Below are positions 30,277 through 39,635 of a stretch of 64,000 nt of DNA, in pieces. The notes under the pieces are model-generated. The model searched no databases. It had not been told where the DNA came from and saw nothing but the letters and a program-made list of their open reading frames with translations. The stretch's first letter is position 1; every line of letters begins with the position of its first letter. The position numbers and the translations under genes were made by a program. The stretch is from Methanobacteriota archaeon. GTDB taxonomy: Archaea > Thermoplasmatota > Poseidoniia > Poseidoniales > Poseidoniaceae. The stretch covers positions 14,129 through 78,128 of the forward strand of contig JAYOBJ010000004.1 of NCBI GenBank assembly GCA_038104845.1. Direction: 5' to 3'.

Positions 30277-31262
30277 ACCGCATGAGCGGAACGCCCATTC
30301 CCCCACACGGGTGTGAAATCGGTCTCTTCGCCATCCTCGGCGTGCCCCTGTCGCTTGTTTTTGGGGTAGGTGCTTTGCTTGGGGTGCTGGTCCTCTACGT
30401 TCTCTGGTTGTTGTACATCACAACCATGGCTCGCCTGTCCTTTCGTGCCCCTTCGAAGCGAAAACCGCCGATTAAAGATGCTTTCTGGCAAGCAGTGGAT
30501 GTGTCAACCCGGCTTGGTGAAATCCGCTTCTATCGGTCACCCACCCGGCCCAACGCCGACACAGCGATTCTGGTTCATGGATGGAGTTCGGGAGCAACGC
30601 GCATGACAGGCCGGGCGAAAGCGTTCAACGATGCTGGCCTCAACACCATTTTGGTGGACTTGCCGAGCCATGGGGCCTCGGCCTCGCTTCGGTATTGGTC
30701 CGCCGAAGGGTCCGTGTCCATGCTGATCGAAGGGTTGAATCGACTCAACCAACAGTCACCCGAGCATTTCGGGCAGCGATTGTTCTATTTCGGACACAGC
30801 ATGGGTGGATTCGTCGGTCTTCGTTTGAGCAAACGGCGTGGCGAATTGGACCTCGACGGGGTTTGGTCAGGATGGGTCATGGAATCCCCCATGACAGGTT
30901 ACAGCGAAATCTTTGATGAAACATGCCGCTTGCTTCGACTCCCACAGCTGTTTCGATGGTCGCTCGAAACTCGGGTGTTGAGAAAATTCCGCGCCCTCAA
31001 CCCTCAGAGCGATGTGCGGTGCTTGAGGGATGCCGACATGCCCGTTTGGGGGACCTTGACTGAACCAACGTTGTTGGTGCAAGCCGCCAACGATGAGCGG
31101 TTGGGAAATACGCATCACGAACGCCTGGTGGGCGAAATGATACGCTCCTCCTCGGTTCCGTTTGAGGCCCACATGCTCGATACATTGACCCATTCCGGGG
31201 CGCACGACCATGTTGAGCGTCACGCTCTGGTGGCATCTTGGTTGACCGCTCAAACCTCGTGA
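30273..31262 (+). CDS. Alpha/beta hydrolase with N-terminal membrane anchor
   Basis: VHGW, DLPSHG, GHSMGG nucleophile elbow, C-terminal Asp and His. Confidence 0.88.
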   Translation: MNRMSGTPIPPHGCEIGLFAILGVPLSLVFGVGALLGVLVLYVLWLLYITTMARLSFRAPSKRKPPIKDAFWQAVDVSTRLGEIRFYRSPTRPNADTAILVHGWSSGATRMTGRAKAFNDAGLNTILVDLPSHGASASLRYWSAEGSVSMLIEGLNRLNQQSPEHFGQRLFYFGHSMGGFVGLRLSKRRGELDLDGVWSGWVMESPMTGYSEIFDETCRLLRLPQLFRWSLETRVLRKFRALNPQSDVRCLRDADMPVWGTLTEPTLLVQAANDERLGNTHHERLVGEMIRSSSVPFEAHMLDTLTHSGAHDHVERHALVASWLTAQTS

Positions 31263-32341
31263 TGTTGGCCCGATGCTTGCTGCTTGGCCAGTTCCCTCAT
31301 GTCCTCAACTTCATCAAGTTCGTCAACGATTTCTTTGCCCAGCAAGGTTTCCATCACGTCTTCCATGGTAAGGATGCCTGACGTTCCTCCAAACTGGTCC
31401 TGGACCAGAGCGAATTGCTGTCGGTTCACCAAGAACACATCCAAGGCTTCTTCAATCGTGGTGCCCAAGTTGATGGTCAGGATGGGTTTCATCATGGATT
31501 TGAGGGTGGTGTCCCACTCGTCACGACTGGCTGCCATGAGGATGTCAGAACGGATGACAAGCCCCAGTACGTTGTCGATGTGATCATCGAAAACAGGGAT
31601 TCTGGAGAACCGTAGGATGGAATGTTCGTCAAGAACTTGCTTGACGGTGGCTTCTGCGTCATAGGCGCTGACCACGACACGTGGCGTCATCTCCTCATCG
31701 ACGAGGATGTCTCGAAGGCGCAACAAGTTGTGAATCACAGTTTCTTCAGATTCCTCCAGCGCCCCCTCAATCTCACCAAGGTCCGCCATCAAGGCCACAT
31801 CATCACGGGTCACCATGTTGACGTCGCCCTTGGGGAGCACCGATTTGAGCACCTGAATGGGGCCGATGAGCCAAAACAAGAACTTGGTCATGAAGGACAG
31901 GACGTAAGCGGCGGGCGTGGACAAACGCTTCCAATATGCCGTGCCAAGGGTTTTGGGGATGATTTCGGACAAGAACAGGACGGCGATGGTGAGGATGAAT
32001 GAGGCAATGGTTAACCATTCAGACCCCCAAATGTTCTGCACCTCACTCCCAACCCCTGCTGCCCCCATGGTGTGGGCGATCGTGTTGAGCGTCAAAATCG
32101 CCGTGAGTGGACGCACCGAGTCATCGTCTTTGAGATGGGCCCACATCGATGCTGTCTTCCGACCGTCCGCCTCCAGCATGGCGACGTGGGTCTGCGGCAT
32201 GGAGAGCACAATGGCTTCCAAAATTGAGCACAGAAACGACACGCCGAGGGCCAAGGAGAGGTAAAAAATGAGGAGGGTCAAATCACCGCTTCCGGTGGAT
32301 TCGCCTGCAGGTAATGTCGCAGCCATGGCGTTGTTGAGCAT
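31250..32341 (-). CDS. CNNM/CorB-type DUF21 + CBS protein
   Basis: SFLCSILEA, ILTLNTIAHTMGA, SEIIPKTLG, MTPR, FSRIPVF, GILTMEDVMETLLG. Confidence 0.92.
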   Translation of the reverse strand: MLNNAMAATLPAGESTGSGDLTLLIFYLSLALGVSFLCSILEAIVLSMPQTHVAMLEADGRKTASMWAHLKDDDSVRPLTAILTLNTIAHTMGAAGVGSEVQNIWGSEWLTIASFILTIAVLFLSEIIPKTLGTAYWKRLSTPAAYVLSFMTKFLFWLIGPIQVLKSVLPKGDVNMVTRDDVALMADLGEIEGALEESEETVIHNLLRLRDILVDEEMTPRVVVSAYDAEATVKQVLDEHSILRFSRIPVFDDHIDNVLGLVIRSDILMAASRDEWDTTLKSMMKPILTINLGTTIEEALDVFLVNRQQFALVQDQFGGTSGILTMEDVMETLLGKEIVDELDEVEDMRELAKQQASGQHHEV

Positions 32342-32487
32342 AGCGTGAGCAGAACCCCTGTCCAGTTGGAACAACCACACCAAGCGATTGGGGTTCTTGA
32401 AAATGACGCTGCCGAGAACCGTGAAGAGCGTTGTTGAAATTGTGGGTGAACCTCAAGAAGGGCGTGCAGTTGGAAGGGTCGTTGAAC

Positions 32488-34740
32488 ATGCCCGATGAGC
32501 ACGTGTTGATTTGCGTGGCTTGGCCGTACGCCAACGGTCCGCTGCACTTGGGTCACGTGGCGGGGTGCTACTTGCCCCCTGACATTCATTATCGGTTTGA
32601 AGTGGCCCGAGGCAACCGTGTGTTGATGGTGTCGGGTTCGGACGAGCACGGTACGCCCATCACCGTCACGGCCGAACAGAACGGTGAATCCCCGCAGGAT
32701 GTTGTCGATCGGTTCCATGCCATCAATCGACAGGCCTTGCTTGATTTGGGCTGCGGATGGGCCAATCAAGCCGATCATCGAGGTGTGGCCTTCGGTGGTG
32801 CCCTGTTCAACCGGACCAGCGACCAGCGCCATTGCGCAAGGGTGCAGGACAATTTCAAACGCTTGTACGATGCTGGATTTTTTGAGCAGCGTTCGATGGA
32901 ACAATACTACGAACACCATCCCGACGGTGGCGGTCGTTTTCTTCCAGACCGCTACATCGAGGGCGTATGTCCGGCCTGCGACACCGACGGTGCCCGTGGT
33001 GACCAATGCGATGCGTGCGGAGCCACGTACGAAGCCGTGGAGCTGAAATCCCCGACCTCCAAAATGAACCCGTCGTACCGGGTGTCGATCCAAGAAACGG
33101 AGCATCTCTTTTACCGGTTGGATGCCTTCCAAGACCTGCTGCAATCGCATGCCGCTCAACAACATCGCCAATGGAAACCCAACGTTCGAGCGATGACCAA
33201 ACAGTGGCTCGACATGGGTTTGCGTCCACGAGCGGTGACGCGTGACCTCGCATGGGGCATTGGCGTGCCGCTTGAAGGTGAGGATTGGGCCAACAAGTGC
33301 ATTTACGTCTGGTTCGAGGCGGTTCAAGGCTACCTCACGTGTGCTCAAATTTGGGCTGAGGACCATGCCGGTGCCCACCCCGACGGTGCTGAGGCATGGC
33401 GGCGGTGGTGGTGCGTCGACGACCAAGGCAACGTGCCACGGCATCTTTACTTCCTCGGAAAGGACAACATTCCCTTCCACACCGTGATTTGGCCATCGCT
33501 GTTGCTTGGATTGAACGCCGCAGCGGGTGGGAAAACCGCCGATGATGCGCTTGCGTTGCCCGGACCCGGTGACCTGGCGCTCGAGCACAACGTGCCCGCC
33601 ATGGAATACCTCATGTTGGCCGGGGGCCAATTTTCGAAATCAAGGAAACATGCTGTGTGGCTCCCATCGTTTTTGGAGCGGTATGACCCCGATACGCTCA
33701 GGTATTACCTGAGCATCAACATGCCCGAACAGCACGACACCGATTTCAATTGGCCAGAGTTTGTTGAACGGGTGAACAGCGAACTCATCGCAGCCTACGG
33801 CAATTTTGTTCACCGCGTGCTGACCCTTGGTGCCCGACTGCCGGTGGTTGGATCCTCACCGTTCACACCGTACGACAGCCATGAAGGTATGACGGCCCAT
33901 CAAGAACACGTGGAGGGTTTGTACAACCAAGCCACGGCTTCACTCGAGGCGCACCGTTACAAGGAATCCTTGCGTCATTTGATGAGCATCGCTCAGTACG
34001 GCAATCAAATCCTGCAGGCAGCAGCACCATGGAAGCACCTGAAGGAACGCGGCCAAGGGCACGAGGTCAGCCTCGGCACCTTGGCGTTTTGCTGGCGCTT
34101 GGCTCGCACCCTTGCCATCGGCTTGCAACCCTTCCTTCCATCCAGTTCACAACGCCTCTGGTCGATGATGGGCCTTGACGGCCAGGTTGAACACCGGGGT
34201 TGGGACGAGGCCACCGATTGGTCTGCGCCACTGAACTGGTCCAGTGAACCTCCACGCCCGTTGTTTGAACGGCTTGACTTGGAGGCCATCTTGGCGGTCG
34301 AAACGGGACTGATTGAAGATGAACCACAACACGATTCGCCCGCCGTTCACGGCGTGAAAGGTGGAAAAAAATCCGGAGGAAAACACGTGAAAGAAGTTGA
34401 GGAGGGTGTGGTCCACCTGAATTTTGAAGATTTTGTCAAGGTGAAGTTGAAGGTGGGTCGAATTGCCTCGGTTGAAGACCATCCAAACGCCGACAAGCTC
34501 TACGTTGTTCGGCTGGACGACGGAACGGCTGATGGCCGAACCATCTGCGCCGGGCTGAAAGCGCACTATTCCATGGATGAATTGGCCGGAAAGTCCGTGG
34601 TGTTCGTCGCCAACCTCGCACCCCGAAAACTTCGGGGCGTGATGTCCGAGGGCATGATGCTCGCCGCTGACGATGGTGAGGGCAGCGTACGGTTGATCAC
34701 CGTGGACGGTGAGATCGCCTCGGGTTCGGACGTTCGCTGA
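32488..34740 (+). CDS. metG: Methionyl-tRNA synthetase with C-terminal tRNA-binding domain
   Basis: PYANGPLHLGH, GSDEHG, GKDNIPFH, QFSKS; C-terminal HPNADKL..SEGM. Confidence 0.96.
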   Translation: MPDEHVLICVAWPYANGPLHLGHVAGCYLPPDIHYRFEVARGNRVLMVSGSDEHGTPITVTAEQNGESPQDVVDRFHAINRQALLDLGCGWANQADHRGVAFGGALFNRTSDQRHCARVQDNFKRLYDAGFFEQRSMEQYYEHHPDGGGRFLPDRYIEGVCPACDTDGARGDQCDACGATYEAVELKSPTSKMNPSYRVSIQETEHLFYRLDAFQDLLQSHAAQQHRQWKPNVRAMTKQWLDMGLRPRAVTRDLAWGIGVPLEGEDWANKCIYVWFEAVQGYLTCAQIWAEDHAGAHPDGAEAWRRWWCVDDQGNVPRHLYFLGKDNIPFHTVIWPSLLLGLNAAAGGKTADDALALPGPGDLALEHNVPAMEYLMLAGGQFSKSRKHAVWLPSFLERYDPDTLRYYLSINMPEQHDTDFNWPEFVERVNSELIAAYGNFVHRVLTLGARLPVVGSSPFTPYDSHEGMTAHQEHVEGLYNQATASLEAHRYKESLRHLMSIAQYGNQILQAAAPWKHLKERGQGHEVSLGTLAFCWRLARTLAIGLQPFLPSSSQRLWSMMGLDGQVEHRGWDEATDWSAPLNWSSEPPRPLFERLDLEAILAVETGLIEDEPQHDSPAVHGVKGGKKSGGKHVKEVEEGVVHLNFEDFVKVKLKVGRIASVEDHPNADKLYVVRLDDGTADGRTICAGLKAHYSMDELAGKSVVFVANLAPRKLRGVMSEGMMLAADDGEGSVRLITVDGEIASGSDVR

Positions 34741-34743
34741 CCA

Positions 34744-35373
34744 TCAAGCGCCCAGCCGCTCACGGACGGCATCCATCACCTGTCGCCCATCGGTTCGCAC
34801 CTGTTCTCGAATGCCGTCCAGTTGGTCACGCATGCTGGTGCCCATGTCGTCGGGCAAGCTGGCCAAGTTGATGTCAACGTTGAACAAAGCGCCTTTGGCG
34901 GCGGCACTGGCCAGCAATCCTGCCACCCCGACATCCGATGCGGCGTTTCCGTTGCCTTTGAGGGCAAGTTCTGGAAGCAGCCTCAGCAAGTCGGCGGCTT
35001 TTTGTGCTGTTTCGAAGGGAATCTCTGCAGCGTGCAACGTGGCCGCTCGAATCGCTGTTCGACGTGCAGCCACCTCAGTTTCATTGTTTTTTGGAAGTTT
35101 GAACGCGGCCATCACCTGGTCAAAGGCTTCACTGTCCTGTTGAGCCAAATCGCCCGAGACACGCATCAATGGAATAGCTGCGGTTTGAACACGCTCTGCG
35201 ATGGACCAGCCATCCGACCATTTCTCATTGTTGAGGGTTAAATCGGCCACCATAATGCTCAGTGCAGAGGCTTGACCGAGGGCGACCGCAGCGGCGGTAC
35301 CGCCGCCGGGCGTGGGTGAGGAAGAAGCCAGCGCAGCCAAAAAATCCCGTTGGGTCATCTCCATCCAGTTCAT
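34744..35373 (-). CDS. Formiminotetrahydrofolate cyclodeaminase (FTCD C-terminal domain)
   Basis: PTPGGGTAAA, DSEAFDQVM, SDVGVA, NVDINL. Confidence 0.9.
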   Translation of the reverse strand: MNWMEMTQRDFLAALASSSPTPGGGTAAAVALGQASALSIMVADLTLNNEKWSDGWSIAERVQTAAIPLMRVSGDLAQQDSEAFDQVMAAFKLPKNNETEVAARRTAIRAATLHAAEIPFETAQKAADLLRLLPELALKGNGNAASDVGVAGLLASAAAKGALFNVDINLASLPDDMGTSMRDQLDGIREQVRTDGRQVMDAVRERLGA

Positions 35374-36416
35374 GCGTTCAACCCCTGAATGGCCCACTCA
35401 ATGATGCTTTCCTCGGGTTCAAACCGGTGGTGATGACGCAATCCAAGCCCGTTGATGGCCGCATTGACCAACTCGCGTTCATCGGCCGATTCGGGGAGGT
35501 AGTATCTGCCAGCAGCCAGCATGGCGTTCAGTGGAACCAGCCCAACGATTTCACTACCGGGTGTCTGCACTCCGTGGTCGCCGATGACGCTTTTCACCGT
35601 CTCATAGGCATAATGAAGCGGGCACGCTTCAACATCCAGGAGATTCATGGAAACTTGAGCGATGCCCAATTCCTCCAACGCCACCCCCATGCCCTGGACG
35701 CTCGGCAAGAGCCCTTGGGTCCTCATCCGTATTCCGGTGGGTGATTTGAGCAAACGTCCACTGGACCGCACCAGCGAACCGACTTTCTTCGCCACGGCGG
35801 CATCGCGTTCATCGACGTTGACGTTGTACGCAACAAGAATGGGCCGTGCCCCCACCGTGATGCCGCCCGAACGTGCCACCGTCTCGGACCAAGCCATGGC
35901 ACCCACATCGGGCATCATGGTGGTCGCTCCGTGGCGTTCGTTGCTCCCGTCGAACCGAGATGACAATTCCTCGTACTCGCCCTTGCGGAGGTTCGAGAGC
36001 ACCGTACGGTCCGGATGTGATGCTGCCGCACCGTACAAAAAGAGCGGGACCTCCACGGCCTCGGCAACCTGCGCCACCGTTTGACGAGCCAGTTCTGCAC
36101 ATGCCTCCATGGTGATGCCACGAAGCGGAACAAAGGGGCAGACATCAACCGCACCCAACCGAGGATGTTCGCCTTGGTGGCCCCTCATGTCGATCTCATC
36201 CACCGCAGCAAGAATCAGTGCCACCGCACCGCGTTGAACCGGTCCCGGCTCGCCTGCGAGGGTGATGACGGTTCGGTGGTAATCTCGGTCTGGTTCCACC
36301 CCAAGCACATGGCAGCCTTCAATGCCTCGTGCGGCTGAAACGATACGCCCGATCTTCTCGTCGTCTCTGCCCTCCGATATGTTGGGGACGCATTCAACCA
36401 AAACTCCTGAGTTCAT
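35370..36416 (-). CDS. ftcD: Glutamate formiminotransferase
   Basis: VECVPNISEGR, DYHRTVIT, GEHPRLGAVDVCPF, QVSMNL, SEIVGL. Confidence 0.93.
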   Translation of the reverse strand: MNSGVLVECVPNISEGRDDEKIGRIVSAARGIEGCHVLGVEPDRDYHRTVITLAGEPGPVQRGAVALILAAVDEIDMRGHQGEHPRLGAVDVCPFVPLRGITMEACAELARQTVAQVAEAVEVPLFLYGAAASHPDRTVLSNLRKGEYEELSSRFDGSNERHGATTMMPDVGAMAWSETVARSGGITVGARPILVAYNVNVDERDAAVAKKVGSLVRSSGRLLKSPTGIRMRTQGLLPSVQGMGVALEELGIAQVSMNLLDVEACPLHYAYETVKSVIGDHGVQTPGSEIVGLVPLNAMLAAGRYYLPESADERELVNAAINGLGLRHHHRFEPEESIIEWAIQGLNA

Positions 36417-36460
36417 GGCCACGTGCCGGCGGCTTCAGTCAATGAACGTTGTTCAACGGT

Positions 36461-37681
36461 TCAGGAGTAAAGGCGCTCTGGACTGGTGGATGCGGTGGTT
36501 TGGGACCGCTTTTTCTCAAGGGTTGCCACGGCATCCATCATGTCCTGTTGGGTGATGGCGGACCGGCCGTCCCGAATGGCGGTCATGCCGGCCTCGACGC
36601 AGGTTGCCTTGAGTTCGGCACCAGAATACCCTCTTGTTTTCTCAACGACGCGCTGGAGGTTCAACCGCTTCGTGCTCATGGACTTCAAATGCACTTCCAG
36701 GATGGATTTCCGTGACCCATCTTCCGGGATCGGGATTTCAATCACGCGATCGAAGCGTCCGGGCCGAAGCAATGCATCGTCCAAGATGTCCGGTCGGTTG
36801 GTGGCTGCAATGATTTTGACATCCTTGAGAGCATCAAATCCATCAAGTTCAGCGAGGAGTTGCATCAACGTGCGCTGGACTTCCCGGTCACCGCTCGTGG
36901 ATCCGTCCAATCGCTTGGCACCAATGGCATCGATTTCATCGAGGAAAATGATGCTGGGCGCCTTCTCCTTGGCCAGGGAAAACAGCTCGCGGACCAGGCG
37001 CCCACCTTCCCCGATGTATTTCTGAGCCAACTCACTGCCCACCATTCGAATGAAGGTCGCATCGGTCTGGTTGGCAACGGCCTTGGCCAACAGGGTCTTG
37101 CCGCAACCGGGAGGGCCGACGAGCAGCACGCCTTTTGGCGGGGTGATGCCCACCTTTTGAAAGAGCTCAGGCTTCACAAGCGGCAATTCAATGGCTTCAC
37201 GAACAAGGGATACCTCGGTGTCCAGGCCGGCGATGTCGGCGTATGTTGTTGTGGGCTTACCAACCATTTCCGCTCCGCTCACCATGGGGTCCCATGCTTC
37301 GTGAAGGACCTCGATGACTGAGAGGCTGTCCTGATTGAGGGCGACACGAGTCCCCGGTTGGAGTTTTTCGGGATCCAAACGTTGGTTCAACGACACCTGG
37401 AACACCGTTCCGTTGGATGAGCGAACGATGGCTCGCTCATGGTCCAACACGTCTTGCAGGTGGCCGATGATGAGCGGTGGCATTTTCATGATGTTGACGT
37501 TTTCTTCGAGGCGGTCGACTTTCTTACGCAGACCTCGGATTTCTGTTTCCAACGCATTGCGTTCCGTGATCAATTGCTGCGATTCTTCCCGGAGGTCGAG
37601 CAATGAGGCTTCAAGTTGCTTGAGATCGTCCTCGGGGAGCGGGCTGACGCCAGCATCGGTCCGCTCAACATCCGTGCCCAT
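36461..37681 (-). CDS. pan: Proteasome-activating nucleotidase
   Basis: Coiled coil + OB domain, GPPGCGKT, FLDEID, GDREVQRT, RPGRFDR, C-terminal HbYX (LYS). Confidence 0.95.
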   Translation of the reverse strand: MGTDVERTDAGVSPLPEDDLKQLEASLLDLREESQQLITERNALETEIRGLRKKVDRLEENVNIMKMPPLIIGHLQDVLDHERAIVRSSNGTVFQVSLNQRLDPEKLQPGTRVALNQDSLSVIEVLHEAWDPMVSGAEMVGKPTTTYADIAGLDTEVSLVREAIELPLVKPELFQKVGITPPKGVLLVGPPGCGKTLLAKAVANQTDATFIRMVGSELAQKYIGEGGRLVRELFSLAKEKAPSIIFLDEIDAIGAKRLDGSTSGDREVQRTLMQLLAELDGFDALKDVKIIAATNRPDILDDALLRPGRFDRVIEIPIPEDGSRKSILEVHLKSMSTKRLNLQRVVEKTRGYSGAELKATCVEAGMTAIRDGRSAITQQDMMDAVATLEKKRSQTTASTSPERLYS

Positions 37682-37775
37682 GACCGAACCTGCCGGCGAG
37701 CATCTAAAAGAATTGACATCGCCATCGTGGTGCAGCGTCAAAGAGTTCAAAGACGGTCGTTGATGAAAATTCCCC

Positions 37776-38255
37776 ATGGGCGAATGTGAATTGTGCGGTG
37801 CCGTGAAGGTTGGAGTGCGTCAGGTGCCCATGGGGAAAACAACCGTGAGCGCTTGTTCGCGTTGCGTTGAAAAAATGAACCTTGGGCCGAAAAAGGAAGC
37901 GCCGGGGCTTGCACGAGCAAGAAACATGCGTGCAGCACCTCGTCGAGCCTCATCCACCGCCTTGATGGCTTCCGGGCCAAAGGAATTGGCCGAGGATTTC
38001 CACAAGCGAATCGCCAGCGCTCGAACGGCCCAGAACCTCTCTCAGCAGCAACTCGCCAAAAAAATGGCCGAAACCGTGAACGTGGTCAAATCGGCTGAAG
38101 CGGGCAAGCGACCGACCGACGCTGTCGTTCGCAAGTTCGAACGAATCCTGTCCATCGAACTGATGGTGGCACGCTCAGCCGAGGAAACTCGGCATGTCAC
38201 ATCCGGCCCTCAGCGCGGGATGACCTTCGGCGATTACCTCAACAATTTGGAGTGA
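37776..38255 (+). CDS. mbf1: Archaeal multiprotein bridging factor 1
   Basis: CELCG..CSRC ribbon, HTH, C-terminal TFGD; adjacent to pan. Confidence 0.88.
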   Translation: MGECELCGAVKVGVRQVPMGKTTVSACSRCVEKMNLGPKKEAPGLARARNMRAAPRRASSTALMASGPKELAEDFHKRIASARTAQNLSQQQLAKKMAETVNVVKSAEAGKRPTDAVVRKFERILSIELMVARSAEETRHVTSGPQRGMTFGDYLNNLE

Positions 38256-38812
38256 AGGGTTTGGCGGTTCGTGTCCATGCCGTTTGGCTGGCGCAGGATG
38301 ACCCGAAAAAGAACACCGCCGTCCTTGCTTCAAAGCGTGGAAATCTGACCTTGCACAAGTCCCTTCGTGATGTGCCGCGTAAGGGGATCATCCTCGAACC
38401 GTTGTGCGGGAAAGTCTTCGGTCCGGAAGACCACGCGTTGCTTCTTGAACAACGGGGTTCCTTGGTCGGATTGGATTGCAGTTGGGCGCACATTGAATCC
38501 AGCGTGGACAAGGTGATGCGTCGAACACGACTCAAGCCACGCATGCTGCCCATGCTGTTGGCAGCCAACCCGGTAAATTGGGGGAAACCGGGACGTTTGA
38601 CCACAGCTGAGGCATTGGCGGCCTGCTTATACATGATGGGCGAGGATGATCAAGCACGCGAGGTGTTGGGAGCGTTCCGATGGGGTCCACGGTTCTTTGA
38701 ATTGAACCAAGAGCCCTTGGACGCCTACGCCAAAGCCACCTCCAGTGAGGAATTGGTGAACCTTCAATTCGATTTTTTTGACCTGGACCGGTCAGCATTG
38801 GAGGGTTCATGA
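38252..38812 (+). CDS. tsr3: 16S rRNA aminocarboxypropyltransferase
   Basis: DDPKKNT, LDCSW, LLAANPVNWG, EALAA, FRWG..FFELN. Confidence 0.93.
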   Translation: MKGLAVRVHAVWLAQDDPKKNTAVLASKRGNLTLHKSLRDVPRKGIILEPLCGKVFGPEDHALLLEQRGSLVGLDCSWAHIESSVDKVMRRTRLKPRMLPMLLAANPVNWGKPGRLTTAEALAACLYMMGEDDQAREVLGAFRWGPRFFELNQEPLDAYAKATSSEELVNLQFDFFDLDRSALEGS

Positions 38813-39600
38813 TGCTTCATGAAAACCGGCCCGTTCATCGGCTGCGGGGAGGCAATCGTCGTTTGGAACACGACGCACTGGCCGATGAAACCTTGGTCAG
38901 CATCCTTCAAGCCGACCGCGTTCTGACGCGGTTGCTGGCCTCAGCCGATGACTTGCTTGCCTTGGTCGTTGGCCACATGGACTTGGAACACGGATGTCGA
39001 TTGGATCGGGATGACTTGGCATTGTTGCCACAACCCGATGGTTCGGTGAGCATTGCCATCGATGAAACCATCAACATCCCTTCCAGCGTTGCACGTGCGG
39101 ACATCGTGACCTCCTCTTGCGGTGCGTGCCACCACCCGTCCTTGGCAACGATGGTTGCGGGTCCGACGGCTGCCCTCGAGCCGGCTGAATACGCTAACAT
39201 GGACGATGTTGCCGATGCGTTTGCCATGATGGAGCACCAACAACCCGGTTTTGATGCGACAGGTGGACTTCACGCTGCAATGTTGTGGGCGCCGGATGGC
39301 ACGCACGTGGTGATGGAGGACATTGGGCGGCACAACGCCGTTGACAAAGTGTGGGGTGCATGGCGGCACAAACACGGCGATCGACGGCCGTGCATGCTGC
39401 TGTTGTCGGGCCGCCTCGGGTGGGACATCACGTCCAAAGCGGCTCAAATGGGCGTTTCAACCGTCGCCTGCCGTGGTGCCGCCTCCACGCTCGCGGCAGA
39501 TGTGGCCCGTGCACATGGGCTTCGATTGGTGACCTTTTGGAAAGCCAGCGGGGCCGTGGTGATTGGCCCGTTTGATGGGCCTATTGACGCAAAGGATTGA
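38809..39600 (+). CDS. fdhD: Formate dehydrogenase accessory sulfurtransferase
   Basis: SSCGAC, TGGLHAA, EDIGRHNAVDK, LSGR. Confidence 0.88.
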   Translation: MMLHENRPVHRLRGGNRRLEHDALADETLVSILQADRVLTRLLASADDLLALVVGHMDLEHGCRLDRDDLALLPQPDGSVSIAIDETINIPSSVARADIVTSSCGACHHPSLATMVAGPTAALEPAEYANMDDVADAFAMMEHQQPGFDATGGLHAAMLWAPDGTHVVMEDIGRHNAVDKVWGAWRHKHGDRRPCMLLLSGRLGWDITSKAAQMGVSTVACRGAASTLAADVARAHGLRLVTFWKASGAVVIGPFDGPIDAKD

Positions 39601-39635
39601 GAACGGTTGCGCCGACCCATCGTCAGGATGGACCC

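Noticed and set aside
36461..38255. pan-mbf1 adjacency as a novelty
   Set aside because: A known conserved archaeal neighbourhood
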